Assembly (NCBI GenBank): GCA_012524025.1
Contig: JAAYSC010000028.1
Location: 9,529-73,528 of the forward strand
Direction of reading: 5' to 3'
From: Clostridiales bacterium
GTDB lineage: Bacteria; Bacillota; Clostridia; Oscillospirales; Acutalibacteraceae
Length of the DNA stretch: 64,000 nucleotides
Numbering within the stretch: position 1 is the stretch's first letter; each line of letters begins with the position of its first letter. The notes under the pieces were generated by a model. It was not told where the DNA came from. It saw only the letters and a list, made by a program, of their open reading frames with translations, and did not search any database. Shown piece by piece: positions 9,368 through 17,733 of the stretch. Made by a program: the position numbers and the translations under genes.

Positions 9368-9475
9368 TTACTACACCTCCCTTTCTTTACGGTGCCCAAG
9401 GGGCACCTTGAAACAAACCCATATTACCATATATGGTTTTATTTTTATTGACTATTTAGAAATTGCCTTGTCAAC

Positions 9476-10249
9476 TTAAATGTTCTCGGTATCTGCTTTG
9501 GGCTTTATAAAAATATGCTTTATGCCCTTGTTTGATGTATCGCGCTGGTCTATTTCAAAAAGACCGGTTGCTTGTATCAGGGGGGTCAACTTTGTATAGC
9601 CGTAATTCCTGCTGTCAAAAGAAGGCTGCTTTTTTAAGAGGAGATTGCCGACATCACCCAAAAAAGCCCAGCCGTCATCGCCTGCCAAGTCATTTACCGA
9701 ATTTAAAATCAAGGTTGCTATTTTTTTAGGTACCCCGGCCGCTTGTTGCACGGGATGTTTGTAATGAGGGTGCTCGACTTGTTTCTCACCCTCTTCCTTT
9801 TCTTCGGCCATCAAAATTTCAAGGTAGATAAACTTATCACAAGCTACTATAAACGGATCGGGCGTTTTCTTTTCCCCTATGCCTATCACCCTTACACCCG
9901 CTTCACGCAAACGAATGGCCAAGCGAGTGAAATCACTGTCACTTGAAACAAGGCAAAAGCCATTTACTTTGCCGCTGTATAAAATATCCATGGCATCAAT
10001 TATCATGGCGGAATCCGTAGAGTTTTTTCCGTAAGTATAACTATATTGTTGTATGGGCGTGATTGCATTATCCAACAAGACCGTTTTCCAACCCGAAACC
10101 AAGCTTGAGGTCCAGTCCCCGTAAATTCGCTTCACGGTCGGTGTTCCATAAAGTGCTATCTCATCCATCATGGCTTTTATGTAACGGTAGGAGACATTGT
10201 CGGCATCAATCAAGACTGCTAATTTTAAATCCGAAGCACTTTCTTGCAC
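9476..10249 (-). CDS. NYN (LabA/DUF88-like, PIN-fold) domain protein with a C-terminal OST-HTH/LOTUS domain
   Basis: N-terminus LAVLIDADNVSYRYI...YGDWTS...VSSDSDFTRLAIRLREAG is NYN-like. C-terminus ...GDDGWAFLGDVGNLLLKKQPSFDSRNYGYTKLTPLIQATGLFEI is the OST-HTH signature. SD AGGAAGGTG. Confidence 0.8.
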   Translation of the reverse strand: MQESASDLKLAVLIDADNVSYRYIKAMMDEIALYGTPTVKRIYGDWTSSLVSGWKTVLLDNAITPIQQYSYTYGKNSTDSAMIIDAMDILYSGKVNGFCLVSSDSDFTRLAIRLREAGVRVIGIGEKKTPDPFIVACDKFIYLEILMAEEKEEGEKQVEHPHYKHPVQQAAGVPKKIATLILNSVNDLAGDDGWAFLGDVGNLLLKKQPSFDSRNYGYTKLTPLIQATGLFEIDQRDTSNKGIKHIFIKPKADTENI

Positions 10250-10295
10250 ATTAACACCTTCCTTTCCAAAGTGTTCTTAATTGTATCTTTCTTTT

Positions 10296-11804
10296 TTATA
10301 CTTCATCTGTTTGGGCTTCTCTTTCATAACCGTAATAGGAACCGTTGCCTGTTCTTCCCCGCTTGTAAAGACCTAGCATACCCTGGTTGTAGAAACTTCC
10401 GTCTTCCCCGTCGGTTGTCATGGTTAAGACGGTACCTATAATGTTAGCCCCGGCAATTTCAAGTTCGCTCAAGGTGTCGGCAACATTATTTGCCTTGGCA
10501 TAGTCTTCACGAACAGCATAGACTATAGAGTTTACAACGGGCACCATGGTCAGGCAGTCGGAAACGACTCGTGCGGGCGGCGTGTCAAGAACAACATAGT
10601 CAAATTCACTTTTTACCCTTTCCAACAATTCCTTAAATTCATCCGAAGCAATTATTTCGGTGGCTTTTCCGGAGGTTCCGCCGCCGGGTAAGATAAAGAG
10701 GCCCAGGGAGCGTACGAATTTGATTGTACTGTCACAAGTTTCGGTCCCCTTGACAATTTGGATAATACCCGGTCTTCCCTCTTCTTTTATCCCTGCCATA
10801 TTCAAGACCTCCGGCCTTCTCAAGTCGCAGTCCATCAACAAAACTGACTTGCCTGTTTGTGCCAAGGCACAGGCAAGGTTTATGGATAGTGTTGTTTTAC
10901 CTTCATCTTCAAAGGTACTGGTCACCGCAAAAATATTTTTATCATATTCTTGAAGGTTGTTTTCAACCTTGGCCCTTATAGATTTAAAGCTTTCAATAAA
11001 GGCAAAACTTACGGAGTTTTCATTGCTTAACAAGGGCCCGCGCATAGTCTTTTTATTGAGTGCGGTTTTCGAGTATTGCTCTAAATTAGGTATCATACCC
11101 AAGAATCTTGCATTTAACTTGACCCGGGCATCATCGGATGACCTTACGGTGTCGCGCACCAACTCCGAAATATAAACTCCTGCCGCCACAAGGACTGCCC
11201 CCAGCAAAAACCCCAGACCCGCTGATTTTATTGAGCTGTGCTTGTTGGCCACGATCGGCTCTTGCGGGCTGTTGACCACAACCACCCCTATGCTTGGGTC
11301 CAAATCTTTAAGATATTCGGGAAAATATTTATTGGCAACCTCAAGTGCTTTCTCACAAAAGTTTTTATCCTTGTTGTTTGCCGATATCTTAAAAATACCT
11401 GTATTTGACGCTTTTGAAATGGTTAAGGAATCCCTGGCTTCGCTCTTGCTGAATCCCGAACCCATCTCGGCTGTAATTTTGTCCACAATATAGTCGCTTC
11501 TGAGCAAAACCAAGTACTTATTGGCATCACTCTCGTCATAAATTTTTTGATTGGTTAAAACCTTGCTCTGATTGCCGTTTTCATCGTAAGTTGTGACATA
11601 GGTTCCGGTAGTCAAGGCTATGACCATATTTGAGTTATAAACCTCGACATAAGTTACAGCCGCCACTATAAAGAAAACCAGGCCCAAGGCTATAGCCGAC
11701 GCTGCAAGCAACCAAAGTCGCTTGAGCAGAGCCTTAAGAGTTCTTAGCAAGGTTGAGTAGCTAAACTTTTCACTTGTCGTGTTACCGATTGCAGCACCGG
11801 ACAA
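10296..11804 (-). CDS. Fused polysaccharide co-polymerase (Wzz/CpsC-like) and BY-tyrosine kinase (CpsD-like)
   Basis: Two TM segments flank an extracytoplasmic domain. Walker A VTSTFEDEGKTT, Walker A' LLMDCDLRRP, Walker B DYVVLDTPP. The C-terminal tail is Tyr-rich: ...FYNQGMLGLYKRGRTGNGSYYGYE. TTG start with SD GGGGGA. Confidence 0.85.
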   Translation of the reverse strand: MSGAAIGNTTSEKFSYSTLLRTLKALLKRLWLLAASAIALGLVFFIVAAVTYVEVYNSNMVIALTTGTYVTTYDENGNQSKVLTNQKIYDESDANKYLVLLRSDYIVDKITAEMGSGFSKSEARDSLTISKASNTGIFKISANNKDKNFCEKALEVANKYFPEYLKDLDPSIGVVVVNSPQEPIVANKHSSIKSAGLGFLLGAVLVAAGVYISELVRDTVRSSDDARVKLNARFLGMIPNLEQYSKTALNKKTMRGPLLSNENSVSFAFIESFKSIRAKVENNLQEYDKNIFAVTSTFEDEGKTTLSINLACALAQTGKSVLLMDCDLRRPEVLNMAGIKEEGRPGIIQIVKGTETCDSTIKFVRSLGLFILPGGGTSGKATEIIASDEFKELLERVKSEFDYVVLDTPPARVVSDCLTMVPVVNSIVYAVREDYAKANNVADTLSELEIAGANIIGTVLTMTTDGEDGSFYNQGMLGLYKRGRTGNGSYYGYEREAQTDEV

Positions 11805-11862
11805 ATCAATTCCCCCATATCATTTCTAAAATATCATTTACAAAAACATCTGACAGATTCAC

Positions 11863-13233
11863 TCAAAACAAATTTTTAAAAGACGGAAATAACTCCCGCC
11901 CGTCTTTTTTTGTAAGCACGGCACCCAAAGAATCAACGCCCGACATTTCCAAGCGTTTTATCCACCGCACCATATCACCTACACCGACATAATCTTGCCT
12001 TATCACCGGTAAAAACGCATCGGAAATTTCGGCTAAAACTCTTATATCTTCATATTTTAAGGCCGCCGGTGAATCGATAATTATGAAATCAAAAAACTTG
12101 CGTGCTTTTTCAAGCAAGCCCTTGACTTTTTTATGGCCGATTATTTGGCAAGCCTGCTGACTTTGGCCGCCCGATTCTATCTTGTAAAAGTTTTTTAAAT
12201 CCGTTTCTTGAATTAAAGCTTTCACGCTGCCGCCGTCTTGCACATAAGCTATGAGACCGGGGTTTGCTTCAAGCTCATTTTGCAGGGCATCCGTCTTTGA
12301 TCGGCGTAAGTTAAAATCTGCAAAAAGTACCTTTTTACCCCTTTGGGCCAATGAGCGTGCAAGCCTTTCACCGACATGGGTTCGGCCTTCATCTTCAAGC
12401 GCAGAAGCAAGAAGAATTACACTGCCTCCATCGCCCGAAAAGCTTTTTTCAAGATCTAAGCCAAGTGTGGAAAAACAGTCGAACTTTTCAAAGTTTTCAG
12501 GTTCGTCAAAGCTACTCAAGGCTACCTCCGCCAAGAAGGTCAGCCCTAATTTTTCTTCCAAATCTTCCGGCCAAACAAGGGTGTCTTTTGCTGCCCAGGA
12601 CAAGGACAAGATGATTAGCGCCAAGCCTGCCCCTGCCACCGAAGCATAAAAGGCTTTTTTGACCGCCTTGCTTTCATTAACAACAAAGGGTTCTTTGCTC
12701 ATCTTTATATTTTCAAGGCCCAAATCGGGTGCAAGTATTTTTAAATATTTGTTATAAGTATCTGTTGCTACATCTGACAGATCCTTTATGAGTTGTGCAT
12801 CGCTACCTTTGAGACCCACTGTCATAAGGCCCGGGGCTTGGGTAAGCCCGACTGTAATGCTTTTTTCAATATCTTGCCTTTCATATTTACCCTGCAAGGC
12901 CTGATACAATTCTTCGATAGCTTGGTCGCTTTTTAAGAGCAGGGCATACCTTTCCACATCTTTTTCGATGTAAGGGGTGTGCGACTTTTTCATTGTGCCT
13001 TCATCGCTTTGTAAAAGGTCTTGGTCTGTTTTTATAAAAGCCAGGGTAAGTTCGCTGTAATATTCCTTTACGAAGGTAGCTGTACTGTAAGTGTAGGCAA
13101 GAAAGCCTAATAGAAGGGTAAGGGCTAAAATAAACCAAGTATATTTTTGAAATCTATAAAATAAATGTTTAAGGTCCAGAACCCCGTCCTCGGTCTGCCC
13201 GACCCTTGTTTGGCTGCCGGCTTCTGTTTGCAT
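11863..13233 (-). CDS. Second fused Wzz/BY-kinase-like paralog with degenerate kinase motifs (putative pseudokinase or modulator)
   Basis: It has the same architecture, but Walker A reads LASALEDEGRTH (Lys to Arg) and Walker A' reads LFADFNLRRS (second Asp to Asn). The C-terminus ...KKDGRELFPSFKNLF has no Tyr cluster. Confidence 0.75.
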   Translation of the reverse strand: MQTEAGSQTRVGQTEDGVLDLKHLFYRFQKYTWFILALTLLLGFLAYTYSTATFVKEYYSELTLAFIKTDQDLLQSDEGTMKKSHTPYIEKDVERYALLLKSDQAIEELYQALQGKYERQDIEKSITVGLTQAPGLMTVGLKGSDAQLIKDLSDVATDTYNKYLKILAPDLGLENIKMSKEPFVVNESKAVKKAFYASVAGAGLALIILSLSWAAKDTLVWPEDLEEKLGLTFLAEVALSSFDEPENFEKFDCFSTLGLDLEKSFSGDGGSVILLASALEDEGRTHVGERLARSLAQRGKKVLFADFNLRRSKTDALQNELEANPGLIAYVQDGGSVKALIQETDLKNFYKIESGGQSQQACQIIGHKKVKGLLEKARKFFDFIIIDSPAALKYEDIRVLAEISDAFLPVIRQDYVGVGDMVRWIKRLEMSGVDSLGAVLTKKDGRELFPSFKNLF

Positions 13234-13262
13234 TTAAATCCCTCTCAACTATCGTTTACTTG

Positions 13263-14021
13263 TCAACGCCGCCTTCTTAAGAGGCCCGTGTCCAAAGAGC
13301 GCGGCACGGGTTCGTTGTTGACGACGGCTTGGGGTGAAATGTTCAACATTCTGTCCAGCCCCCTTCGGCTGATGTTGGGAGGGAAATATCGAATCATTCT
13401 CAATAAATTATTTGGCCTGTTTCTTAAAGAGTGGGCATCGGTGGCAATGAAGTTTGCCGCATTTTTAAGAACCATTTCATAGGCCAACTCAAATTCTTCA
13501 CGCCCGTCCATACCGGCCAAACTCGCCGCATTAACTTGTAAGAGCGCCCCCATGTCCAGTAAAAAATTTGCCCGATCATATTGCTTTTGTATAAATGAAT
13601 ACCTTTCGGGATGGGCTATTATTGGGGTCAGGCCTTTTTCAAATATGTGTTCAACATAGCGCAAAACCGTAGAAAAACTAATGCCTCTCATAGGGAATTC
13701 CACCAAGAGGTACCTGCTCTTGTTCATGGTTACGCTTTCCAATGAATCCGTAAAAAAAAGATCATCGCTGGCATAAACCTCGGCACCGGGATATATTTTC
13801 AAACCCAGGCCCCTTTGGTCAACAAGTTCTTGCAAGTTTTTTATTCTGTCATCACGCGCTTGGACATAAGATGCAATGTCATGCAACTGTGTCAGATGCG
13901 AGGTTGCAAAAACTTGATCAATACCGTTTTCCACCGCCATGCGGCACAAGGCGAAAGAAGTTTCAATGTCACGCGGACCATCGTCCATGCCATAGAGTAT
14001 GTGACTGTGTATATCTATCAT
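13263..14021 (-). CDS. PHP-family protein-tyrosine phosphatase (CpsB/YwqE type)
   Basis: MIDIHSHILYGMDDGPRDIETS... plus downstream His/Asp motifs typical of CpsB. Adjacent to the BY-kinase genes. Confidence 0.9.
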   Translation of the reverse strand: MIDIHSHILYGMDDGPRDIETSFALCRMAVENGIDQVFATSHLTQLHDIASYVQARDDRIKNLQELVDQRGLGLKIYPGAEVYASDDLFFTDSLESVTMNKSRYLLVEFPMRGISFSTVLRYVEHIFEKGLTPIIAHPERYSFIQKQYDRANFLLDMGALLQVNAASLAGMDGREEFELAYEMVLKNAANFIATDAHSLRNRPNNLLRMIRYFPPNISRRGLDRMLNISPQAVVNNEPVPRSLDTGLLRRRR

Positions 14022-14102
14022 TTACCCACCTCTTGGCCAACTGCTCAATAATCAGCACAAACAGTGCGCAGTTTAACAGGCATTATGATATCACCTAATC
14101 GC

Positions 14103-15347
14103 CTATTCGTCAAACAAAGCGGGCAACAAAGCTCTCTCTTGATCATTTAAAGCGTAAAGAGCACGCAAGCAAAAACCCTGGCTGAAGGGCATGGGCATAA
14201 GTCGGCTTGAATAAAAGCCGACACCCATGGTATCACCTTGCGAAAAATCAAGCCTGCCGTCCCTACGAGTCACAGATTTTAAATAGCCCAAGGCAGCGAT
14301 TGCTGCCTCTTTACAAGCGGGCCGGTTTTTGATTTTATTGCTTTGAATTAGAAACCAAGCCAAAACCGCCGTGGCAGAAGAGTCGGGCACGCTGTCAAAA
14401 AACAGATGCCTGCTCCATGCTCCGTTTTCGCTTTGAGCTTGTAAAATTTTATCGGTAAAATCTATTATAAGCCTCCTTAAAAACTCTTCGAAATCATTCA
14501 AGAAAGCTTTAAATTCAGTCTTTTGCTCAACACTATCCGTTCTTTTTATAGTCAGATATGTATCTATAAGCCCTATGGCCCACCAAGCGCAACCTCGACC
14601 CCATCCTATGATTCCGCCCTTTTTATGGTTTTTGATATCATAGCAATGAAAGGGCAGGCCGCTGTCTTTATCCATGCCGTAAGAATAAAAGTCTTCTATT
14701 TGGCGCCTTGCAAGCTCCAAGGCCTTCGAGCATTCAAATTTTATGGCATAGTCGGTCAGGAAGGGGCAAACCATGCCCACACTGTCGACAAAACGCAAAG
14801 ACTTTTTGTTTTTATTGTAACAAAGTGTGTCGTCTTCCCCAATAAAGCCCTCCAATGCTTTGTAAACAAGCAAGTAAAAATCTTTGAGGCTTTTCTCATC
14901 CGATTTATTTATACTTGCCGGCCAAAGAGAAAAAGCTAAGATGCCCAAAGCCGGGTCCCTGTAATCATTTTTTATCTCACCGTCTGAATCTGTCATTTTC
15001 TTGATTGTTTTCTCATACCTTAGTTTATTTAAAAGGCCGCCCTCTCTTGCCGCAACCAATAGTGAGGCCGTCTGCCAAAGCTGCAGGTTTTTTGCATACC
15101 TTCCTTTTGAGCTACCGTAAGGCAAAAAAACTATATCGTTTTCCCCGTGGGGCACTCTGCTGTTTTTCTCGACTTGCTTTGACACTGATTTTTCCAGTTT
15201 TTTCTGCCAGGCTCCATAATTATTTATACGGCCCATGTGTATTCGACCCAGCCAAGTAAAAAAAGATGGGGCTGCCATAAAAAGAAAAAAGCAAATCATT
15301 AGAATATTTGAGAAAATTAAAAAAATTATTGCTGTTTTCAAGTTCAA
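14103..15347 (-). CDS. Membrane-anchored GH88/GH105-like (unsaturated glycuronyl hydrolase fold) protein
   Basis: N-terminal TM helix. Motif IGWGRGCAWWAIGLID resembles the W(A/G)RGNGW signature of GH88/GH105. ...ENGAWSRHLF...DSSATAVLAWF... is consistent with an alpha/alpha barrel. TTG start overlaps the upstream stop (TTGA). Confidence 0.5.
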   Translation of the reverse strand: MNLKTAIIFLIFSNILMICFFLFMAAPSFFTWLGRIHMGRINNYGAWQKKLEKSVSKQVEKNSRVPHGENDIVFLPYGSSKGRYAKNLQLWQTASLLVAAREGGLLNKLRYEKTIKKMTDSDGEIKNDYRDPALGILAFSLWPASINKSDEKSLKDFYLLVYKALEGFIGEDDTLCYNKNKKSLRFVDSVGMVCPFLTDYAIKFECSKALELARRQIEDFYSYGMDKDSGLPFHCYDIKNHKKGGIIGWGRGCAWWAIGLIDTYLTIKRTDSVEQKTEFKAFLNDFEEFLRRLIIDFTDKILQAQSENGAWSRHLFFDSVPDSSATAVLAWFLIQSNKIKNRPACKEAAIAALGYLKSVTRRDGRLDFSQGDTMGVGFYSSRLMPMPFSQGFCLRALYALNDQERALLPALFDE

Positions 15348-16516
15348 GCCCTCCCCTCTTTCATATTTGCCGCTTTAAGCAGCTCTTGACCCGCTTCCAA
15401 GGCGGACCGCCTGATGGCGGGCATTTTATTTAAAAGCGCTTCTCTTATCGCTTCTTCCGCTCCCCTCAAACTTTCCCATGTTTGATAAAGGTCTTTTTTT
15501 ATATCGCTTGTTCCTTTCAAGTCCACAAGATAAAGCGGTTTTCCAAAGATATCTTTTGCTATTCCCCGCGCCTTGGCACTATAGCCCAAAACCATGGTGG
15601 GCACCCCGCTACTGTAAGCGGCTATTGACGCATGAGTTCTGGTGCAAATAAAAAAACGCAGCTTTGAAATATAATATTTGCTCTCTGCCGCATTGAAGTC
15701 CTTGTCAATTCTGTAGAGCCTGTCGGCATATTTTTTTGAAATCAAAGAACGAAGTTTCTCCAAACTTTCCCAATCATCTTCCACATGGGCTATAAAAGAT
15801 AGGGATAGGCTACTGTTTTCCAAAACATCCTCAAGCAAGGCTGCCAAAATATCTAAAAGCTCCGCATTGGCTGCTTCTGCCAGTGGGCTTACATTTATTC
15901 CCAAAGTGTTGGGCCTCGGTTGGAAGTTTGGGTTCTTTGCCTTTTTCGCCTCCAATAAGAAAGCTGGATCGGCATGCAAAAAGATGTTTTTATTTATTCC
16001 TTTGCTCTTTAGGAGTTCATAGGTCAAACTTTCACGCAAAAAGAGACCGCTGATTTTAGACAAGTTTTTCAGCTTTGCGGCACTCAAATCTTCTTGACCT
16101 ATCGATGCAGCCCATAAATAAACTTTTTTGCCCCGCCTTACAAGCTCCTCACTCAAACAACAAATGATAGGGTTTTCACCGTAACAATAGGTATCCCCGC
16201 CCACCGAAAGACAGATATCGGCTTGCATGGCTTCCTGCAAAAATTTTGAGTAACTTTTTTTAATGCTATAGCTCTCATCTTTTAAAATACGCAAACTCAA
16301 ATAAGCTCTCAAATGCTCAAAAGGGCTCAGGCTTCTTTTTTCAAAAGGTATGATTTTCATAGTTTCAGATAGCTCATGGTCTTGCCGGGGCCTGTGGGAA
16401 GACAGAGCGTAAGTTTTGACACCGACGGTATTTTCAAGGGCTTCAATTGTACCGAGCACTATGGCTTCACAGCCCCTGTTTTGACTGCCCGAATGGTTGA
16501 ACATAAAAATTTTCAC
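15344..16516 (-). CDS. Polysaccharide pyruvyl transferase family protein
   Basis: N-terminus MKIFMFNHSGSQNRGCEAIVLGT... is typical of CsaB/WcaK-type pyruvyl transferases. EPS-locus context. Confidence 0.7.
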   Translation of the reverse strand: MKIFMFNHSGSQNRGCEAIVLGTIEALENTVGVKTYALSSHRPRQDHELSETMKIIPFEKRSLSPFEHLRAYLSLRILKDESYSIKKSYSKFLQEAMQADICLSVGGDTYCYGENPIICCLSEELVRRGKKVYLWAASIGQEDLSAAKLKNLSKISGLFLRESLTYELLKSKGINKNIFLHADPAFLLEAKKAKNPNFQPRPNTLGINVSPLAEAANAELLDILAALLEDVLENSSLSLSFIAHVEDDWESLEKLRSLISKKYADRLYRIDKDFNAAESKYYISKLRFFICTRTHASIAAYSSGVPTMVLGYSAKARGIAKDIFGKPLYLVDLKGTSDIKKDLYQTWESLRGAEEAIREALLNKMPAIRRSALEAGQELLKAANMKEGRA

Positions 16517-17733
16517 TCTTGGGCCACCGCCTTATCCACAAGATTATAAATGATTTCAAGAGCATTTAAATTTTCATAGTCTGATAACAATGTGTTCTTT
16601 GTAAGCTCTTGCCTTAAAGCCTTGTCTTCTATTAAATTTCTAATGTCGAAGGTTAGACTTTCAAGATCCATTTTTGAAATTATACCGTCAAAGCCGTCTC
16701 TGACCTGGTCCCCGGCTGTTTCATAATCACTTATAAGCACAGGCTTACCCAAGATCTGTGCTTCTCGAATCGCCACAGATTTCCCTTCATTGCGTGAAGC
16801 TTGGATGTAAATATCACACGCTTTCATATAGGGATAGGGGTTTTTCTTTTTACCCAGAACAATAAAATTTTCTTCCATAGCCAGGGCCTTGATTTTTTCT
16901 TTAATCTTTTCTTCTTCGTCACCGTAGCCTATCAAGTACCATCTTAAATCAGGGTAACTTTCACACAGTTTTTCACACACCTCAACCGAAAAACCAAAGG
17001 CCTTTTGATAGCAAAACCTACCAACACTAAGTAGTTTATATCCTTTTTCTTTTTGCATTTGTGTGGGATCAAAAGCGTCTGCTTGGTTTATTATATGGTC
17101 TTTGCTTAAAACATTCTCAATTGTTAAAACCTTGGAGGCAAGGGAGGGATAAACTCCTTTGAAAATTTTGCCGCATTCATCCGATACAACCGCTATTTTG
17201 TCAAAGTGCTGCCAAATTGCCTCATCTCTTTTCTTATCTATCGCCACAATATTATAGTCGGTATGAACCCAGGCAAGCTTTACCTTGGCTTTTACCTTTT
17301 TAGCGACAAAATGGTGGGGCCAAATAAAACTCAAGGCAGCATCATAATCTTTTTCTAAAGCTTTTATGGGCTTTATTGAAAAATCCCAATAAGCTTGTTG
17401 TAGGGATGCGCCGCCTTGCTTGTGCCTTTCTCTTTTTTTGACGCCGACATTCAATGCAATATAGGCCTTTGCGGCAAGTCGCGGCAAGACCGCCAAAAAA
17501 TCTTTTTCCCTGATTAACTCTCTGATACTTTTGTAAAGGCTTGCCGGTCTTTTATCTTCCGGCAGAAGTCGGCATTTTGATGGTAAGAGGTCAAAAAACT
17601 CCCCTTTTTGCGAAAATAAGAAGAGGTCTACATCATACTTTTCATAGTCAAAAGCGGAAAGCAAGCCGATTAAGCTTCTTTCCACACCGCCTACATCAAT
17701 TGCACCCGCAGTAATCAAAATTTTCTTTTTCAT
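16513..17733 (-). CDS. Glycosyltransferase family 4 (GT-B)
   Basis: C-terminal ...SRNEGKSVAIREAQILGKPVLISDYETAGDQVRDGFDG... (E-x7-E type motif). Confidence 0.8.
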   Translation of the reverse strand: MKKKILITAGAIDVGGVERSLIGLLSAFDYEKYDVDLFLFSQKGEFFDLLPSKCRLLPEDKRPASLYKSIRELIREKDFLAVLPRLAAKAYIALNVGVKKRERHKQGGASLQQAYWDFSIKPIKALEKDYDAALSFIWPHHFVAKKVKAKVKLAWVHTDYNIVAIDKKRDEAIWQHFDKIAVVSDECGKIFKGVYPSLASKVLTIENVLSKDHIINQADAFDPTQMQKEKGYKLLSVGRFCYQKAFGFSVEVCEKLCESYPDLRWYLIGYGDEEEKIKEKIKALAMEENFIVLGKKKNPYPYMKACDIYIQASRNEGKSVAIREAQILGKPVLISDYETAGDQVRDGFDGIISKMDLESLTFDIRNLIEDKALRQELTKNTLLSDYENLNALEIIYNLVDKAVAQE

